Positions 46,658 to 56,053 of a stretch of 64,000 bases of DNA are shown here, one piece after another. Below the pieces are notes generated by a model, which had not been told where the DNA came from, ran no database searches, and worked only from the letters and a program-made list of their open reading frames with translations. The translations under genes were made by a program, and so were the position numbers. Location of the stretch: the NCBI GenBank assembly GCA_027320085.1, contig DAHVLZ010000018.1:96214-160213 (forward strand). The letters are read 5' to 3'. Origin of the DNA: Pseudomonadota bacterium (GTDB taxonomy: Bacteria > Pseudomonadota > Gammaproteobacteria > JAKAQQ01). Numbering within the stretch: the first letter of the stretch is position 1; the number at the start of each line of letters is the position of its first letter.

Positions 46658-46776
46658 CAGGCGGAGCACGGCCGACGATTGATGAGCACAAAGAATGCTA
46701 AAAACACTCGGACGCGCGCATATCGCCCGCTTCTACACTAGAAATGGTTTTAGACAAAGCGCGCGGGTAACCAGCA

Positions 46777-47667
46777 ATGTCACGTGACCCCCAAAAGACA
46801 ACTCTGAGCCGAAGGGAGCGCTTCCTTCGCGCTGTTATAGTCATTGCAATATTTCTCGCGATCGCTCTGGTAGAAGCGTGGTCTCCGTTGCGTGCGCCCT
46901 TCAAGTGGGCACACGCTTTGACCAAGAGCAGCATCTCCCGAGAGTCCTTGTGGGCGATCTTCTACTCAGTAGAGCAAATACTGATTGTCTGCCTTTGCAT
47001 GGTGTCCGTCATGTGGTTATTCGGCGGAGGCGTCGTGCAGTCTCTCGAAAACCTGGGATTGAGACGCGGGGTTGCGCGTGGCATGTTGGTGGGCTCGATT
47101 GTCACGTTGCCGATGCCCATTATATTGGCAATTTCAGGGCACGCCGAATTCGGCGCCAGCATTGCCGTTCAGGTGGGCGTCTTCGGACTGATTAGTGGAA
47201 TTGCCGAGGAAGTACGTTTCCGCGGTTTTGCTTTTGGACTGCTGTACCGAAAATTACGGTTAGGTTTCTGGCCCTCGATCATCCTGCCAACCTTGTTCTT
47301 TGGGCTGGGTCATCTGTACGAGGTGCATGGAATTAGCGACTCCCTGGCTATCATCGCTCTCACGGGATTTGGAAGTATCTGGTTTGGCTGGCTCTATGTT
47401 CGATGGGAATACAATCTGTGGATACCGATCGCGGTACATGCACTCATGAATTCCTGGTGGACGATATTCAGCGCGAGTGAAACTGCCCTCGGAGGTCTTG
47501 AGGCAAACATCGCGAGGCTCTTAACGATTTTGTTGTCGATTGTGCTTACCTTGTGGCATTGTGGTTGGGACTGGCACAAGGCATTTTTGCATATTCGGCC
47601 TCCAGAGCCGCCGCGATCTGTATTGCCTGGAACTTTCCAGCAAATAACTGCACCCGCGTGCCAATGA
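46777..47667 (+). CDS. CPBP (CAAX/Abi) intramembrane glutamic endopeptidase
   Basis: EEVRFRG, FFGLGH and H-x3-N (VHALMN) motifs; codon usage visibly less GC-rich than neighbouring genes. Confidence 0.88.
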   Translation: MSRDPQKTTLSRRERFLRAVIVIAIFLAIALVEAWSPLRAPFKWAHALTKSSISRESLWAIFYSVEQILIVCLCMVSVMWLFGGGVVQSLENLGLRRGVARGMLVGSIVTLPMPIILAISGHAEFGASIAVQVGVFGLISGIAEEVRFRGFAFGLLYRKLRLGFWPSIILPTLFFGLGHLYEVHGISDSLAIIALTGFGSIWFGWLYVRWEYNLWIPIAVHALMNSWWTIFSASETALGGLEANIARLLTILLSIVLTLWHCGWDWHKAFLHIRPPEPPRSVLPGTFQQITAPACQ

Positions 47668-47828
47668 TGCACGGGAAGATTCTGATACAGCTTGAAATCG
47701 AGCTTTTTCCGTTCGTGCCCATTGACTGAGCTCATTTGGGAGCCGCACTAGACGCTCGCGAGCCATGACGCGTGGCCCACTTGGCACGGACAGGGCAAAA
47801 TAAGTAATCGTTCAATATCTGACAAGGC

Positions 47829-47918
47829 TGGCGGAGAGGGTGGGATTCGAACCCACGAGAGACTTGCATCTCTGCTGGTTTTCAAGACCAGTGCAATCAA
47901 CCGCTCTGCCACCTCTCC
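47829..47918 (-). tRNA. tRNA-Ser(TGA)
   Basis: Reverse complement reads GGAGAGGTGGCAGAGCGGTTGATTGCACTGGTCTTGAAAACCAG...GGTTCGAATCCCACCCTCTCCGCCA: 7-bp acceptor stem, TGA anticodon, long variable arm, T-loop, encoded CCA. Confidence 0.97.
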
Positions 47919-47970
47919 CGGGCGGGTTGCCCCTCCATTGTAAAGGATTCAGGCGCGGTTCCTCGGAGGT

Positions 47971-48420
47971 CTAGAGCGGGTGCTCCTCGGGCACGGTCTC
48001 GTTGATGATCAGCCAGTACAATCCCAGCTGCTGCACGGCTTCCATGAATTCGTCGAAACTGACGGGCTTCCTGACGTAACTGTTGGCCCCCAGCCGGTAG
48101 CTTTCCGCGAGGTCACGCTCCTCCTTGGAGGAGGTCAAAATAATGGTGGGCAGGTAACGGGTCCGTTCATGCTCGCGGAGGCGCTTCAGAACCTCGAAGC
48201 CATCCATTTTGGGGAGCTTGAGGTCGAGCAGCATGATGACCGGGAGTGGATTGGTATATTTTCCGGTTTCGGCATCACAATCATGAAGAAACACCAGCGC
48301 ATCCGGTCCATTAGAGGCCACATGAACCTGATTCCGGATCTGGTTTTTCTGGAAGGCCCGCAAAGTCAGGGCAATGTCGTCCGGGTTATCTTCGACAAGA
48401 AGAATGTTTTTTTCAGACAT
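47971..48420 (-). CDS. Single-domain response regulator (Rcp1-like)
   Basis: ILLVEDNPDD, LLDLKLPKMDG, LTSS and ANSYVRKP; ATG at 48420. Confidence 0.93.
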   Translation of the reverse strand: MSEKNILLVEDNPDDIALTLRAFQKNQIRNQVHVASNGPDALVFLHDCDAETGKYTNPLPVIMLLDLKLPKMDGFEVLKRLREHERTRYLPTIILTSSKEERDLAESYRLGANSYVRKPVSFDEFMEAVQQLGLYWLIINETVPEEHPL

Positions 48421-49999
48421 GAGCAGAATCTCCCAAGGGCAGGTGCAGGTAAAAGGTGGTACCTCTTCCGGGCTCGCTTTGTACCCAAATGCGCCCTCCA
48501 TGGCGCAGGACGATCCGGTGGACCGTGGCGAGCCCGACTCCGGTTCCTTCGAAATCCCGGCTGTCGTGAAGCCGCTGGAAAGGCACAAACAGCTTGTTCG
48601 CGTATGCCATGTCAAAGCCGACCCCATTGTCGGCGAAGTGGTAGGCCAGTTCTCCATCCTGGACAGACTGCCCCACGCAAATCCGTGCCTCCGGGTTTTT
48701 GGACGTGAATTTTCGCGCATTATCCAACAGGTTGAAAACCACAACCCGAAGGAGCTTGGGATCACCCTGGACGGGGAGCGGATGGTCGACCTCCAATGTG
48801 CCTTTCCATCCAGCACCGTTCTCCTCCAGTTCTGCCATGACCGATTGGGCCAGTTCGCCGAGATCAAAGGACTCCGGGTTGAGGGGGGCTCTGGAAACGC
48901 GAGCCAGCTGCAGGAGGTCATCGATCAGAAGCGCCATCCGGTTGGTCGCTGCCCGGATTCGGTTCAAATAGCCTTGGGCGACGGGATCCAGACGATTCCC
49001 GAAATCCTCCTCCAAGGCCTGGCTGAAACCGGCAATGGCCCGGAGCGGAGATCGCAGGTCGTGCGAGACCGAATAGGAAAAGGATTCCAATTCGCGGTTC
49101 AGTGCTTCGAGGTGCAGGGTCCGTTCCTGCACCTTGTTCTCGAGATCCCGATTGAGTTCCAGGATGGCCTGCTCGGACCGCTTGCGGTCCGTGATGTCGC
49201 GAAGGAAGGCCGAAAAGGAAAACGTGTTACCGTCGGGAATGGCCACAACCGTGAGCTCGACGGGAAAGCGCTCGCCATTGCCCCGCAGGGCCTCCATCTC
49301 CAGGCGTTGGCCCAGGATCCGGGAGGTGTGTGTGCCAAGGAACCGTCGGAGTCCTTCCTCGTGGGCTTGGCGCCATTCCGGTGGGATCAGGAGATCGGAG
49401 ATGGTTCTTCCCCTGACTTCTTCTTGCTTCCACCCGAACAGGGCTTCCGCGGCCGGGTTGGCCTCGATCAGTTCTCCCCGTTCATTGATGGTGATAATGC
49501 CATCAAGCGAATGCCGCAGGATGGCGGACTGGCTGGCCTGGCTCCGCTCGAGGTCTTTCAGGGACCGTTCCCGCCTGGTCACGTCGTAGGCGGCCACCAG
49601 TCGGGCGTCGCGGCCCTCCCAGGTCAGCGCATGGGAGAGGATTTCCACGGCGATGAGGGTGCCATCCTGCAGACGATGGCGCCAGAGACCTGCGGAACCC
49701 AGTTCCGGATGGGCCAACTGGACAAAAGAGTTGAGGCGGTCTCGGTCCTCCATGGGACGAATGTCATAAATAGTCATGGACAGGAATTCGTCACGAGAAT
49801 AACCATACTTTGCCTGGGCGGCATGGTTGACCAGAAGAAACCGGAGACTCTCGGTATCGTAGATCCACATGGGGACGGGATGGTGCAGGAACAGATACTC
49901 ATAACTCTCCTGCATCTGTTCCCGGCCCTGGGTACGCGTTTTCCGGACGGCCGGGACCCTTCTTTTCGGAGCGGGCGGTTTTTTCGTGGGCTGTCGCAT
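48413..49999 (-). CDS. Cytoplasmic PAS-PAS sensor histidine kinase
   Basis: Two PAS domains; H-box FSYSVSHDLRSPL; NLLDNARKF, DNGVGFD and GTGVGL boxes. Confidence 0.93.
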   Translation of the reverse strand: MRQPTKKPPAPKRRVPAVRKTRTQGREQMQESYEYLFLHHPVPMWIYDTESLRFLLVNHAAQAKYGYSRDEFLSMTIYDIRPMEDRDRLNSFVQLAHPELGSAGLWRHRLQDGTLIAVEILSHALTWEGRDARLVAAYDVTRRERSLKDLERSQASQSAILRHSLDGIITINERGELIEANPAAEALFGWKQEEVRGRTISDLLIPPEWRQAHEEGLRRFLGTHTSRILGQRLEMEALRGNGERFPVELTVVAIPDGNTFSFSAFLRDITDRKRSEQAILELNRDLENKVQERTLHLEALNRELESFSYSVSHDLRSPLRAIAGFSQALEEDFGNRLDPVAQGYLNRIRAATNRMALLIDDLLQLARVSRAPLNPESFDLGELAQSVMAELEENGAGWKGTLEVDHPLPVQGDPKLLRVVVFNLLDNARKFTSKNPEARICVGQSVQDGELAYHFADNGVGFDMAYANKLFVPFQRLHDSRDFEGTGVGLATVHRIVLRHGGRIWVQSEPGRGTTFYLHLPLGDSAHV

Positions 50000-50016
50000 G
50001 TCCGCTCGCCGGAGCC

Positions 50017-51753
50017 TCAGGGCTGAGCCTGGAACCCTTGAATCCATTCCGAAAGTTCCCCGGCGGGAAGGGGAGGGGTCAGGATATAGCCTTGTGCCTT
50101 GTCGCATCCCAGCGCTTTGAGGTAGGCCTGCTGTTCTTCGGTCTCGACCCCTTCCGCAACCGCCTCGAGCCGGAGCCGGTGGATCAGGTCAACCAGGGAA
50201 CTCACAATGGCCTGGTTAACAGGGTCTCTGGGGAGGTCGTGGATGAAGGTCCGGTCGATCTTGATCCGGCTGATCGGCAGGCGCTTGAGATAGGAGAGTG
50301 ATGAATACCCCGTTCCGAAATCATCAATGGCAATGGAAAACCCGTGATCCCGGAGGGCATTGAGACAGTGCAGGGACTCGTCAAAATGGCTCATGAAGAG
50401 GCTTTCCGTAACCTCGAATACCCAGTATTCCGGTGACAGGCCGTATTCCCGGATTTTTCCAGAGATCTGGTCCGCCAGATCCTTCCTGGGCAGGTTCTGG
50501 ATGGAAAGATTGATTGAAATCTCGAGTGGCTCAGCGTTATCTTTCATCCACTCGCGTTGTTGCTGAACCGCACAATCGATGACCCTTCTCGTCACTGGCT
50601 GGATGAGTTCGGACTGCTCGGCCGTGGGCAGGAAATCCCGGGGGAGGAGCAGCCCCTTCCGGGGATGATGCCATCGGACGAGTCCTTCGACTCCCGCTAC
50701 GGCCGGGCGCGTTTCCTGGAGATGGACATACGGCTGGTAGTAAAGGGTCACTTGACCATGTTCAAGGGCTGAAGCCAGATCACCCATCAACAACAAAAGT
50801 TCAGAGGCCTCACTGGCCTGAAGAGCCGAGTACCCCTCAAAGGGAGAATTCTCGAGATAGGATCGCTGTAGCGCGAAGGCTGCGTGCTGGAGACTGGTAT
50901 CCAGAGCATCTTTACGGGGATGATGGACGACATGGCCCATGCGGATGTCAATATGGACTTTCGAAAACCCGATATCAATCGGCTGCCCGAAAAGCTTCAG
51001 GACCTGGTTGCAGGCCTCTCCAAGGTATTGGGGATGCCCGGTATGGCGCAGAATGATCGAAAAATCGCTGTCTCCCATGCGTGCCGTGATCAGGGGATCC
51101 AGGGTGGAGCGGCGAAGCCGATTGGCGATGGCACGGGCCGCCTGATTGAAGGTACTGTAGCCGAACGTGCGTTGCAGGTTCAGGAGGTTTTCCGCTTCGA
51201 CCAGGATCAGTCCTACCCCCATGGGAAAATCAGCCGGATCCAGTTCTTCCATTTTTTCGATCAGATATTCGCGTTTGGGAAGCTCAGTTACGGCGTCATA
51301 ATGCGTCATCGAGTAAAGGGCTTTTTCCCCCGCCCGGTGGGCCCTGCGGATAGAGGCCTCTTTGAGTTCGCGTTGGATGGCCGGCACCAGACGGTTCAAG
51401 CGGTCCTTGAGAATGTAGTCATGGGCTCCCGCTTTCATCACCTCGACTGCCGTTTCCTCACCCACGGTTCCGGAGACCAAGATAAAGGGAATGTCCAGTT
51501 CTTTCTGGTGGTAAAGCCGGAGGCAGTGCAGCGCGTTGAAGGCCCTCAGTGAAAAATCACAGAGGATGAGATCCCAGGAGTCTTGATCTAGGGCCACCTC
51601 GAATTCGTTCAACGAATTGATGATTCGGACTTCAAAGTCCAGATGATGCTGCTTGAGGGACCTCAAGATGAGTTGCTGGTCATCATCGTTGTCCTCGACC
51701 AGGAGCAGACGCGTGGCCGAGAGTTTTTCCCGGGTTTTGACTTGTTCCAGCAT
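50017..51753 (-). CDS. REC-GGDEF(degenerate)-EAL c-di-GMP phosphodiesterase
   Basis: REC domain (LLVEDNDDD); GGDEF degenerated to MGDSDF; EAL domain with YQP, EGLVRW, EVTES, DDFGTGYSS, KIDR and EGVE. Confidence 0.9.
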   Translation of the reverse strand: MLEQVKTREKLSATRLLLVEDNDDDQQLILRSLKQHHLDFEVRIINSLNEFEVALDQDSWDLILCDFSLRAFNALHCLRLYHQKELDIPFILVSGTVGEETAVEVMKAGAHDYILKDRLNRLVPAIQRELKEASIRRAHRAGEKALYSMTHYDAVTELPKREYLIEKMEELDPADFPMGVGLILVEAENLLNLQRTFGYSTFNQAARAIANRLRRSTLDPLITARMGDSDFSIILRHTGHPQYLGEACNQVLKLFGQPIDIGFSKVHIDIRMGHVVHHPRKDALDTSLQHAAFALQRSYLENSPFEGYSALQASEASELLLLMGDLASALEHGQVTLYYQPYVHLQETRPAVAGVEGLVRWHHPRKGLLLPRDFLPTAEQSELIQPVTRRVIDCAVQQQREWMKDNAEPLEISINLSIQNLPRKDLADQISGKIREYGLSPEYWVFEVTESLFMSHFDESLHCLNALRDHGFSIAIDDFGTGYSSLSYLKRLPISRIKIDRTFIHDLPRDPVNQAIVSSLVDLIHRLRLEAVAEGVETEEQQAYLKALGCDKAQGYILTPPLPAGELSEWIQGFQAQP

Positions 51754-51845
51754 CCTACCTCCTTAAATCCCAAGAGCAAACACAGCGTAGGCCACCACCT
51801 AAAACGCCGCTTGATCTTGTCTTGGGAGCCGAGATGGTTCCTGGG

Positions 51846-52763
51846 CTACGTAAAGTTGACAGTAGCCGTTGTGTTGGCAGAGATCGTCACATCCTGCGGC
51901 AGAATCACCGCCAGGCTTGTTGCTCCAGACGTATCGTTACCCGCACAAGTCAAGGCGAGCACATAGGTCCCCGGCGCAAGGTATCCCACCGTGTAATCGT
52001 ACAAGCCTGTACTCGAATCCAGAGAAAGTGTCCCCGAGGTAATGGGCGTGGTTCCTCCAGAAACCGAGACATCAAAACCGTTGAAGGCTGTGGTTCCCTG
52101 CGGATACACGTAAACCGCAGGATCGCATGCCGTGTTATTGATGGATTCGCCATTGATCGTGAGGGTACTGGCTGCCGTGCCGGAGACAGACCCTGCCGTT
52201 TCGAGGTTGATCAGTCGCAGGGCGGGATTCAATAGATAACTGGTCGTGCCGCCCGAGCTGGACTCGGTCAGAGATTGACGCAGATTAAAATCAATCAAAA
52301 AATCGCTCTGGCTGCCCTGATCCACGGTAAAACCGCTCACCAGCTTGAGTCCGGTCTGGCTGCCACTTGGAATGTTGAGCGGGTAACGTGCCCCCGTGGA
52401 CGTAATGATGTAGGAGTTGGCGGGATCAATGTCGAGCCGGAGCCACTGATAGTTGCCGGCCGGCACGGTAACGCCAGAAAGCAGTTGGGTGCTGGCACTG
52501 CCTTGCAGTGACAAAAGGTTGATTGAACGTTCAGTCGCAAATGGGAAAGACTGCAGGTTCCCCGAACTCATGAGGTCAACACCGGTAAAAGCCACAACCA
52601 CCATCTGCGCGCCATCCACCGGGGTATCGTTGACGGCGAGGCTCATCGTGCCGGTACTGGACGAACTGCCATTGCAGGCGGCCAAAAGCGAAACCAGGCA
52701 GGCCACACCGATAAGCTGGAGCAGAGTCTTGGGGTATTTCATGCGAGACCTCTGATCACTCAT
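51846..52763 (-). CDS. DUF4382-like Ser/Thr-rich lipoprotein
   Basis: Lipobox LAAC; D-x-PVD, INLL-x-LQG, PAG-x-YQW-x-RL, IPSG-x-QTGLKL and IDFNLRQS motifs. Confidence 0.75.
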   Translation of the reverse strand: MSDQRSRMKYPKTLLQLIGVACLVSLLAACNGSSSSTGTMSLAVNDTPVDGAQMVVVAFTGVDLMSSGNLQSFPFATERSINLLSLQGSASTQLLSGVTVPAGNYQWLRLDIDPANSYIITSTGARYPLNIPSGSQTGLKLVSGFTVDQGSQSDFLIDFNLRQSLTESSSGGTTSYLLNPALRLINLETAGSVSGTAASTLTINGESINNTACDPAVYVYPQGTTAFNGFDVSVSGGTTPITSGTLSLDSSTGLYDYTVGYLAPGTYVLALTCAGNDTSGATSLAVILPQDVTISANTTATVNFT

Positions 52764-52941
52764 GATTTAATTCAAATCAATATATATACCCTTGGCCCGT
52801 ATATCGTCAAACCGGCCCGTGGATCAAATATGCGTAGAATGTATATTATGTAAAGTACAGCCTGCACCCAAACCCACCCTTCCGGTCGCAGGATCACTCG
52901 AGGCACCCCATGCCCTCACGCCGGGCCCCCCCTCCTTCAGA

Positions 52942-52974
52942 TTAAAAAATTGGGGAGCCCCAAAGGGCTCCCCA
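52942..52974 (-). terminator. Rho-independent terminator of the S10 peptidase gene
   Basis: 10-bp stem TGGGGAGCCC / GGGCTCCCCA with a 4-nt loop, followed on the minus strand by ATTTTTTAA; about 25 nt past the stop codon. Confidence 0.85.
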
Positions 52975-52998
52975 TGACCCCGTCCTCAGCGACGAGCT

Positions 52999-54564
52999 TT
53001 AGTGCACGCGATCGGTCTTTTCGATGAAGCGGGTGACGTTTGCATGGATCGTGATCAGGGAATGATGATTCACGTAGACCATGTGTCCCGAATGGTACCA
53101 ATAGAACGAAATGTTCTTCTCCAGCTTACGGGAAATCGGAAGCTGCTCGAACTGGTACCAGGCCGCATAGAACGGGGTGGCGAGATCATAGTAGCCACCG
53201 TTCACCATGACCTTGAGATCCGGGTTGTACTTCATCGCCGCAGCCAGGTTGAGCATCACGTTCGGGACGAACTGCGGGAAGTGCATGAAGGGAGCCACGT
53301 TCTTGAAATTCCAGTGCAGGTGGCCGTAGTAAACCGGTCGATAGTAGTGTCCACCACCGAACTTGAGGACATTCTCGGTGTACCAGTTGAACGCCGCGAC
53401 GTAAGCCTGACTGATGGCCGATGATTGTGGATCGTAGTAGGCACTGGCCGCCAGCGGGTTCATGGTCGGTCCAAGAAAGCGGGTATCCAGCCGCCCGGTC
53501 GTTTCACCCAGGGGAAGCATGAGCTCCTGTTCATAGTTCCCTCCACTGACGCGCAGGTCAGCCCGGATCAGGTAGCGAACCGGAAGACCCGTGAAGTAGT
53601 GGAGTTTTTCCGCAACGGCTTGCTCCGCGGATCGCGACAGCGTATCCCCCTTGTTCAGCGCGTCAAAGTACCCATGCATGGCATAGGCTTCCGAGCGCTT
53701 GATCAGCACATGGAGCGGCAACTCTTGGGCCTGGGCTGGAAGGCGTTTGTGGTACCAGGACGTGGCCGTGTAGGTCGGCAGTGCCAGCGCGTAAGGCATG
53801 TTGTTGCCCGGATTGAGCTGGGGACCGTCGATGCTCGTGTCAAAGCTCAGGATCGTGGACTGCATGATCACGCCATTCAAATCGACGTTCTTGTCGTTTT
53901 CAAGAATCCAGGCCAAAACGGCGTTGCGTGTAGTCCCGTAGCTCTCTCCGTAGAGGTATTTCGGCGAATTCCAGCGGTTGAACTGGGTCAGGAACTGCAC
54001 GACAAAGTTCGCGAATGCATGGCCATCCTGGTCGACGCCAAAATAATCCTTGGGATTGCCGTCCGGCAAGAGGCGGCTGAAGCCGGTTGCCGGAGCATCA
54101 ATGAAAACCTCGTCCGTCGCGTTGAGCAGGCTGTAGTGGTTCTGAACCAGCCGATAGGGTGCGGCCGGCGTGTGGTTTGGCGCCGGCGCGGTAACGACCC
54201 GGATCGGTCCATAGGCACCGATGTGCAGCCAGATGGTCGAGGAGCCCGGACCGCCATTGTAGAAAAAGGTGATCGGGCGATCGGCGGGGTTCACTCCGCG
54301 TTTGAGGTAGGCGACATAGAACATGCTCATGGCCGGTTGGTGTTTCCGGTTTCTGAGGATGAGCGTGCCCGCTACGGCCTTGTACTTGATCCGGTGCCCA
54401 CCGACCACCACACTGCCATACGTGACACTTTCATGGGGCTTGAGCCAGTAACTGTATTCCTTGGACGTCTTGGGGGGATGATGGGGAGCCGCCCAAGCCG
54501 GAACCAAGATGGCGGCAGATAAAAAGGCGCCGGCAAGTTTGAGCGCGTGTTTGCGATAGATCAT
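52999..54564 (-). CDS. Secreted serine carboxypeptidase (peptidase S10)
   Basis: Signal peptide ending AWA; NGGPGSS, GESYG nucleophile, GYYDLATP and SGHMVY. Confidence 0.93.
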   Translation of the reverse strand: MIYRKHALKLAGAFLSAAILVPAWAAPHHPPKTSKEYSYWLKPHESVTYGSVVVGGHRIKYKAVAGTLILRNRKHQPAMSMFYVAYLKRGVNPADRPITFFYNGGPGSSTIWLHIGAYGPIRVVTAPAPNHTPAAPYRLVQNHYSLLNATDEVFIDAPATGFSRLLPDGNPKDYFGVDQDGHAFANFVVQFLTQFNRWNSPKYLYGESYGTTRNAVLAWILENDKNVDLNGVIMQSTILSFDTSIDGPQLNPGNNMPYALALPTYTATSWYHKRLPAQAQELPLHVLIKRSEAYAMHGYFDALNKGDTLSRSAEQAVAEKLHYFTGLPVRYLIRADLRVSGGNYEQELMLPLGETTGRLDTRFLGPTMNPLAASAYYDPQSSAISQAYVAAFNWYTENVLKFGGGHYYRPVYYGHLHWNFKNVAPFMHFPQFVPNVMLNLAAAMKYNPDLKVMVNGGYYDLATPFYAAWYQFEQLPISRKLEKNISFYWYHSGHMVYVNHHSLITIHANVTRFIEKTDRVH

Positions 54565-54888
54565 TTTGATACCTCACAGGCAAACCCGGATGCAGACTGC
54601 ACGGGGCTGCCCAAAAGTAGACCAATCACTTGCAGATCCGGCAAGCGAACGAGGGCTGCCCCGTCTTTATAAACTGCTTGGCAGAACCGACCCTGTTCCG
54701 TGGGCGCACCCTGCCTGGACGGTTTCTCGGGCGAGGCCGTCCGATTATACTCCCCGACTCTGCGCCCAAGACACTGCGTCGGGAACGCCCATCCCCGGAA
54801 TTCCCAATTGGGGCCCAAACCCCGTCAGGACCCTCGGGAAACGCTTATTTTTTTATGCATGATCAACGACTTCGCGGGGCCGCCACAC

Positions 54889-56028
54889 TCAGATCGTGGC
54901 CTTTGAGGAGCCCTCCGTTCTGATCTGGGAGATGGGAATCCGCACGGAAAACGGATCCGGATGGCTGGGCGTATAGACGATCGGGACTTCCGGCGCAAGG
55001 GAACCCTGTGTCCTCGGACCGCGCAGAAAAACCCGCAGTGCCTTGAGGGGATGGCTGAACGTGTCATTGACGGCGGTTCCTTCGAATCCGCAGTGCGCCA
55101 TGCAGTTATCACACTTCGGGTTTCGTCCAACGCCGTAGCGATCCCATGCCGTATCCTCGAGAAGCGACTGGAAAGTGGGAGCATACCCCTCCCCGACCAA
55201 GAGGTAACAGGGTCGCTGCCAACCGAAGACGTTGTAGGTCGGGTTGCTCCACGGGGTGCACTGATAGGTCTGGTTGCCAGCCAGGAAATCCAAAAAGAGG
55301 CTGGACTGGTTGAAAACCCACCGGCGTTTGCGTTCCTGCCCGATCCGGAAGACCTCGCGAAAGAGCTTCTTGCTCTGCTGTCGCGGCATGAACACGTCCT
55401 GGTTGGGTGCCCGTTCGTAACTGTAGCCTGGAGAAACCGTAATTCCTTCCACCCCCAGATTCATCGCGCTATCGAAGAAGTCCGCGATTTCCTCGGGACC
55501 TTCACCCTGAAACAAAGTTGAATTCACGGTCACGCGGAAACCCCGTTCCCGGGCCAAACGGATGGCCGCCACAGCCTTGTCATAAACGCCGTCCAGGCAA
55601 ACCGAGGCATCATGCCGTTCCCGGTTGCCGTCGAGATGGATGGAAAAGGTGAGATAGACCGAGGGCTTGAACCGGTCAATGTGTTTGGGCAGAAGGATTG
55701 CATTGGTGCAGAGATAGACGAACTTCTTGCGACTCACGATGCCTTCCACGATGTCCGGCAGTTCCTTGTGAACCAAGGGTTCACCCCCGGCAATCGAGAC
55801 CATGGGTGCGCCGCACTCATCCACCGCATGGAGCGCTTCTTCCACGCTCATGCGACGCTTGAGGACCTCCTCCGGATAGTCGATCTTTCCGCACCCGGAG
55901 CAGGCCAAATTGCATTGGAAAAGCGGCTCGAGCATCAAGACCAGGGGATACTGGGAGACTCCCCTCAGGCGGTTGCCGAGGATGTAACGGGCCACACGAT
56001 ACTGCTGAATCAAAGGAACGCTCATCAT
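54889..56028 (-). CDS. hpnH: Adenosyl-hopene transferase HpnH (radical SAM)
   Basis: YPLVLMLEPLFQCNLACSGCGKI, GWQRPCYL and CDNCMAHCGFE. Confidence 0.97.
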   Translation of the reverse strand: MMSVPLIQQYRVARYILGNRLRGVSQYPLVLMLEPLFQCNLACSGCGKIDYPEEVLKRRMSVEEALHAVDECGAPMVSIAGGEPLVHKELPDIVEGIVSRKKFVYLCTNAILLPKHIDRFKPSVYLTFSIHLDGNRERHDASVCLDGVYDKAVAAIRLARERGFRVTVNSTLFQGEGPEEIADFFDSAMNLGVEGITVSPGYSYERAPNQDVFMPRQQSKKLFREVFRIGQERKRRWVFNQSSLFLDFLAGNQTYQCTPWSNPTYNVFGWQRPCYLLVGEGYAPTFQSLLEDTAWDRYGVGRNPKCDNCMAHCGFEGTAVNDTFSHPLKALRVFLRGPRTQGSLAPEVPIVYTPSHPDPFSVRIPISQIRTEGSSKATI

Positions 56029-56053
56029 CTCACCTCATCAAAACCGGTTCAGC

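Noticed and set aside
48374-50026. 550-aa plus-strand ORF antisense to the histidine kinase (likewise 10956-12074, 56892-58286, 58958-60250 and 53425-54522)
   Set aside because: Antisense shadows of clear genes with no independent coding signal
54575-54620. GGCAAACCC...CCCAAAAG resembling a c-di-GMP-I riboswitch
   Set aside because: Lies on the strand opposite the adjacent gene and lacks the GNRA-capped stem and GACGCAAA core
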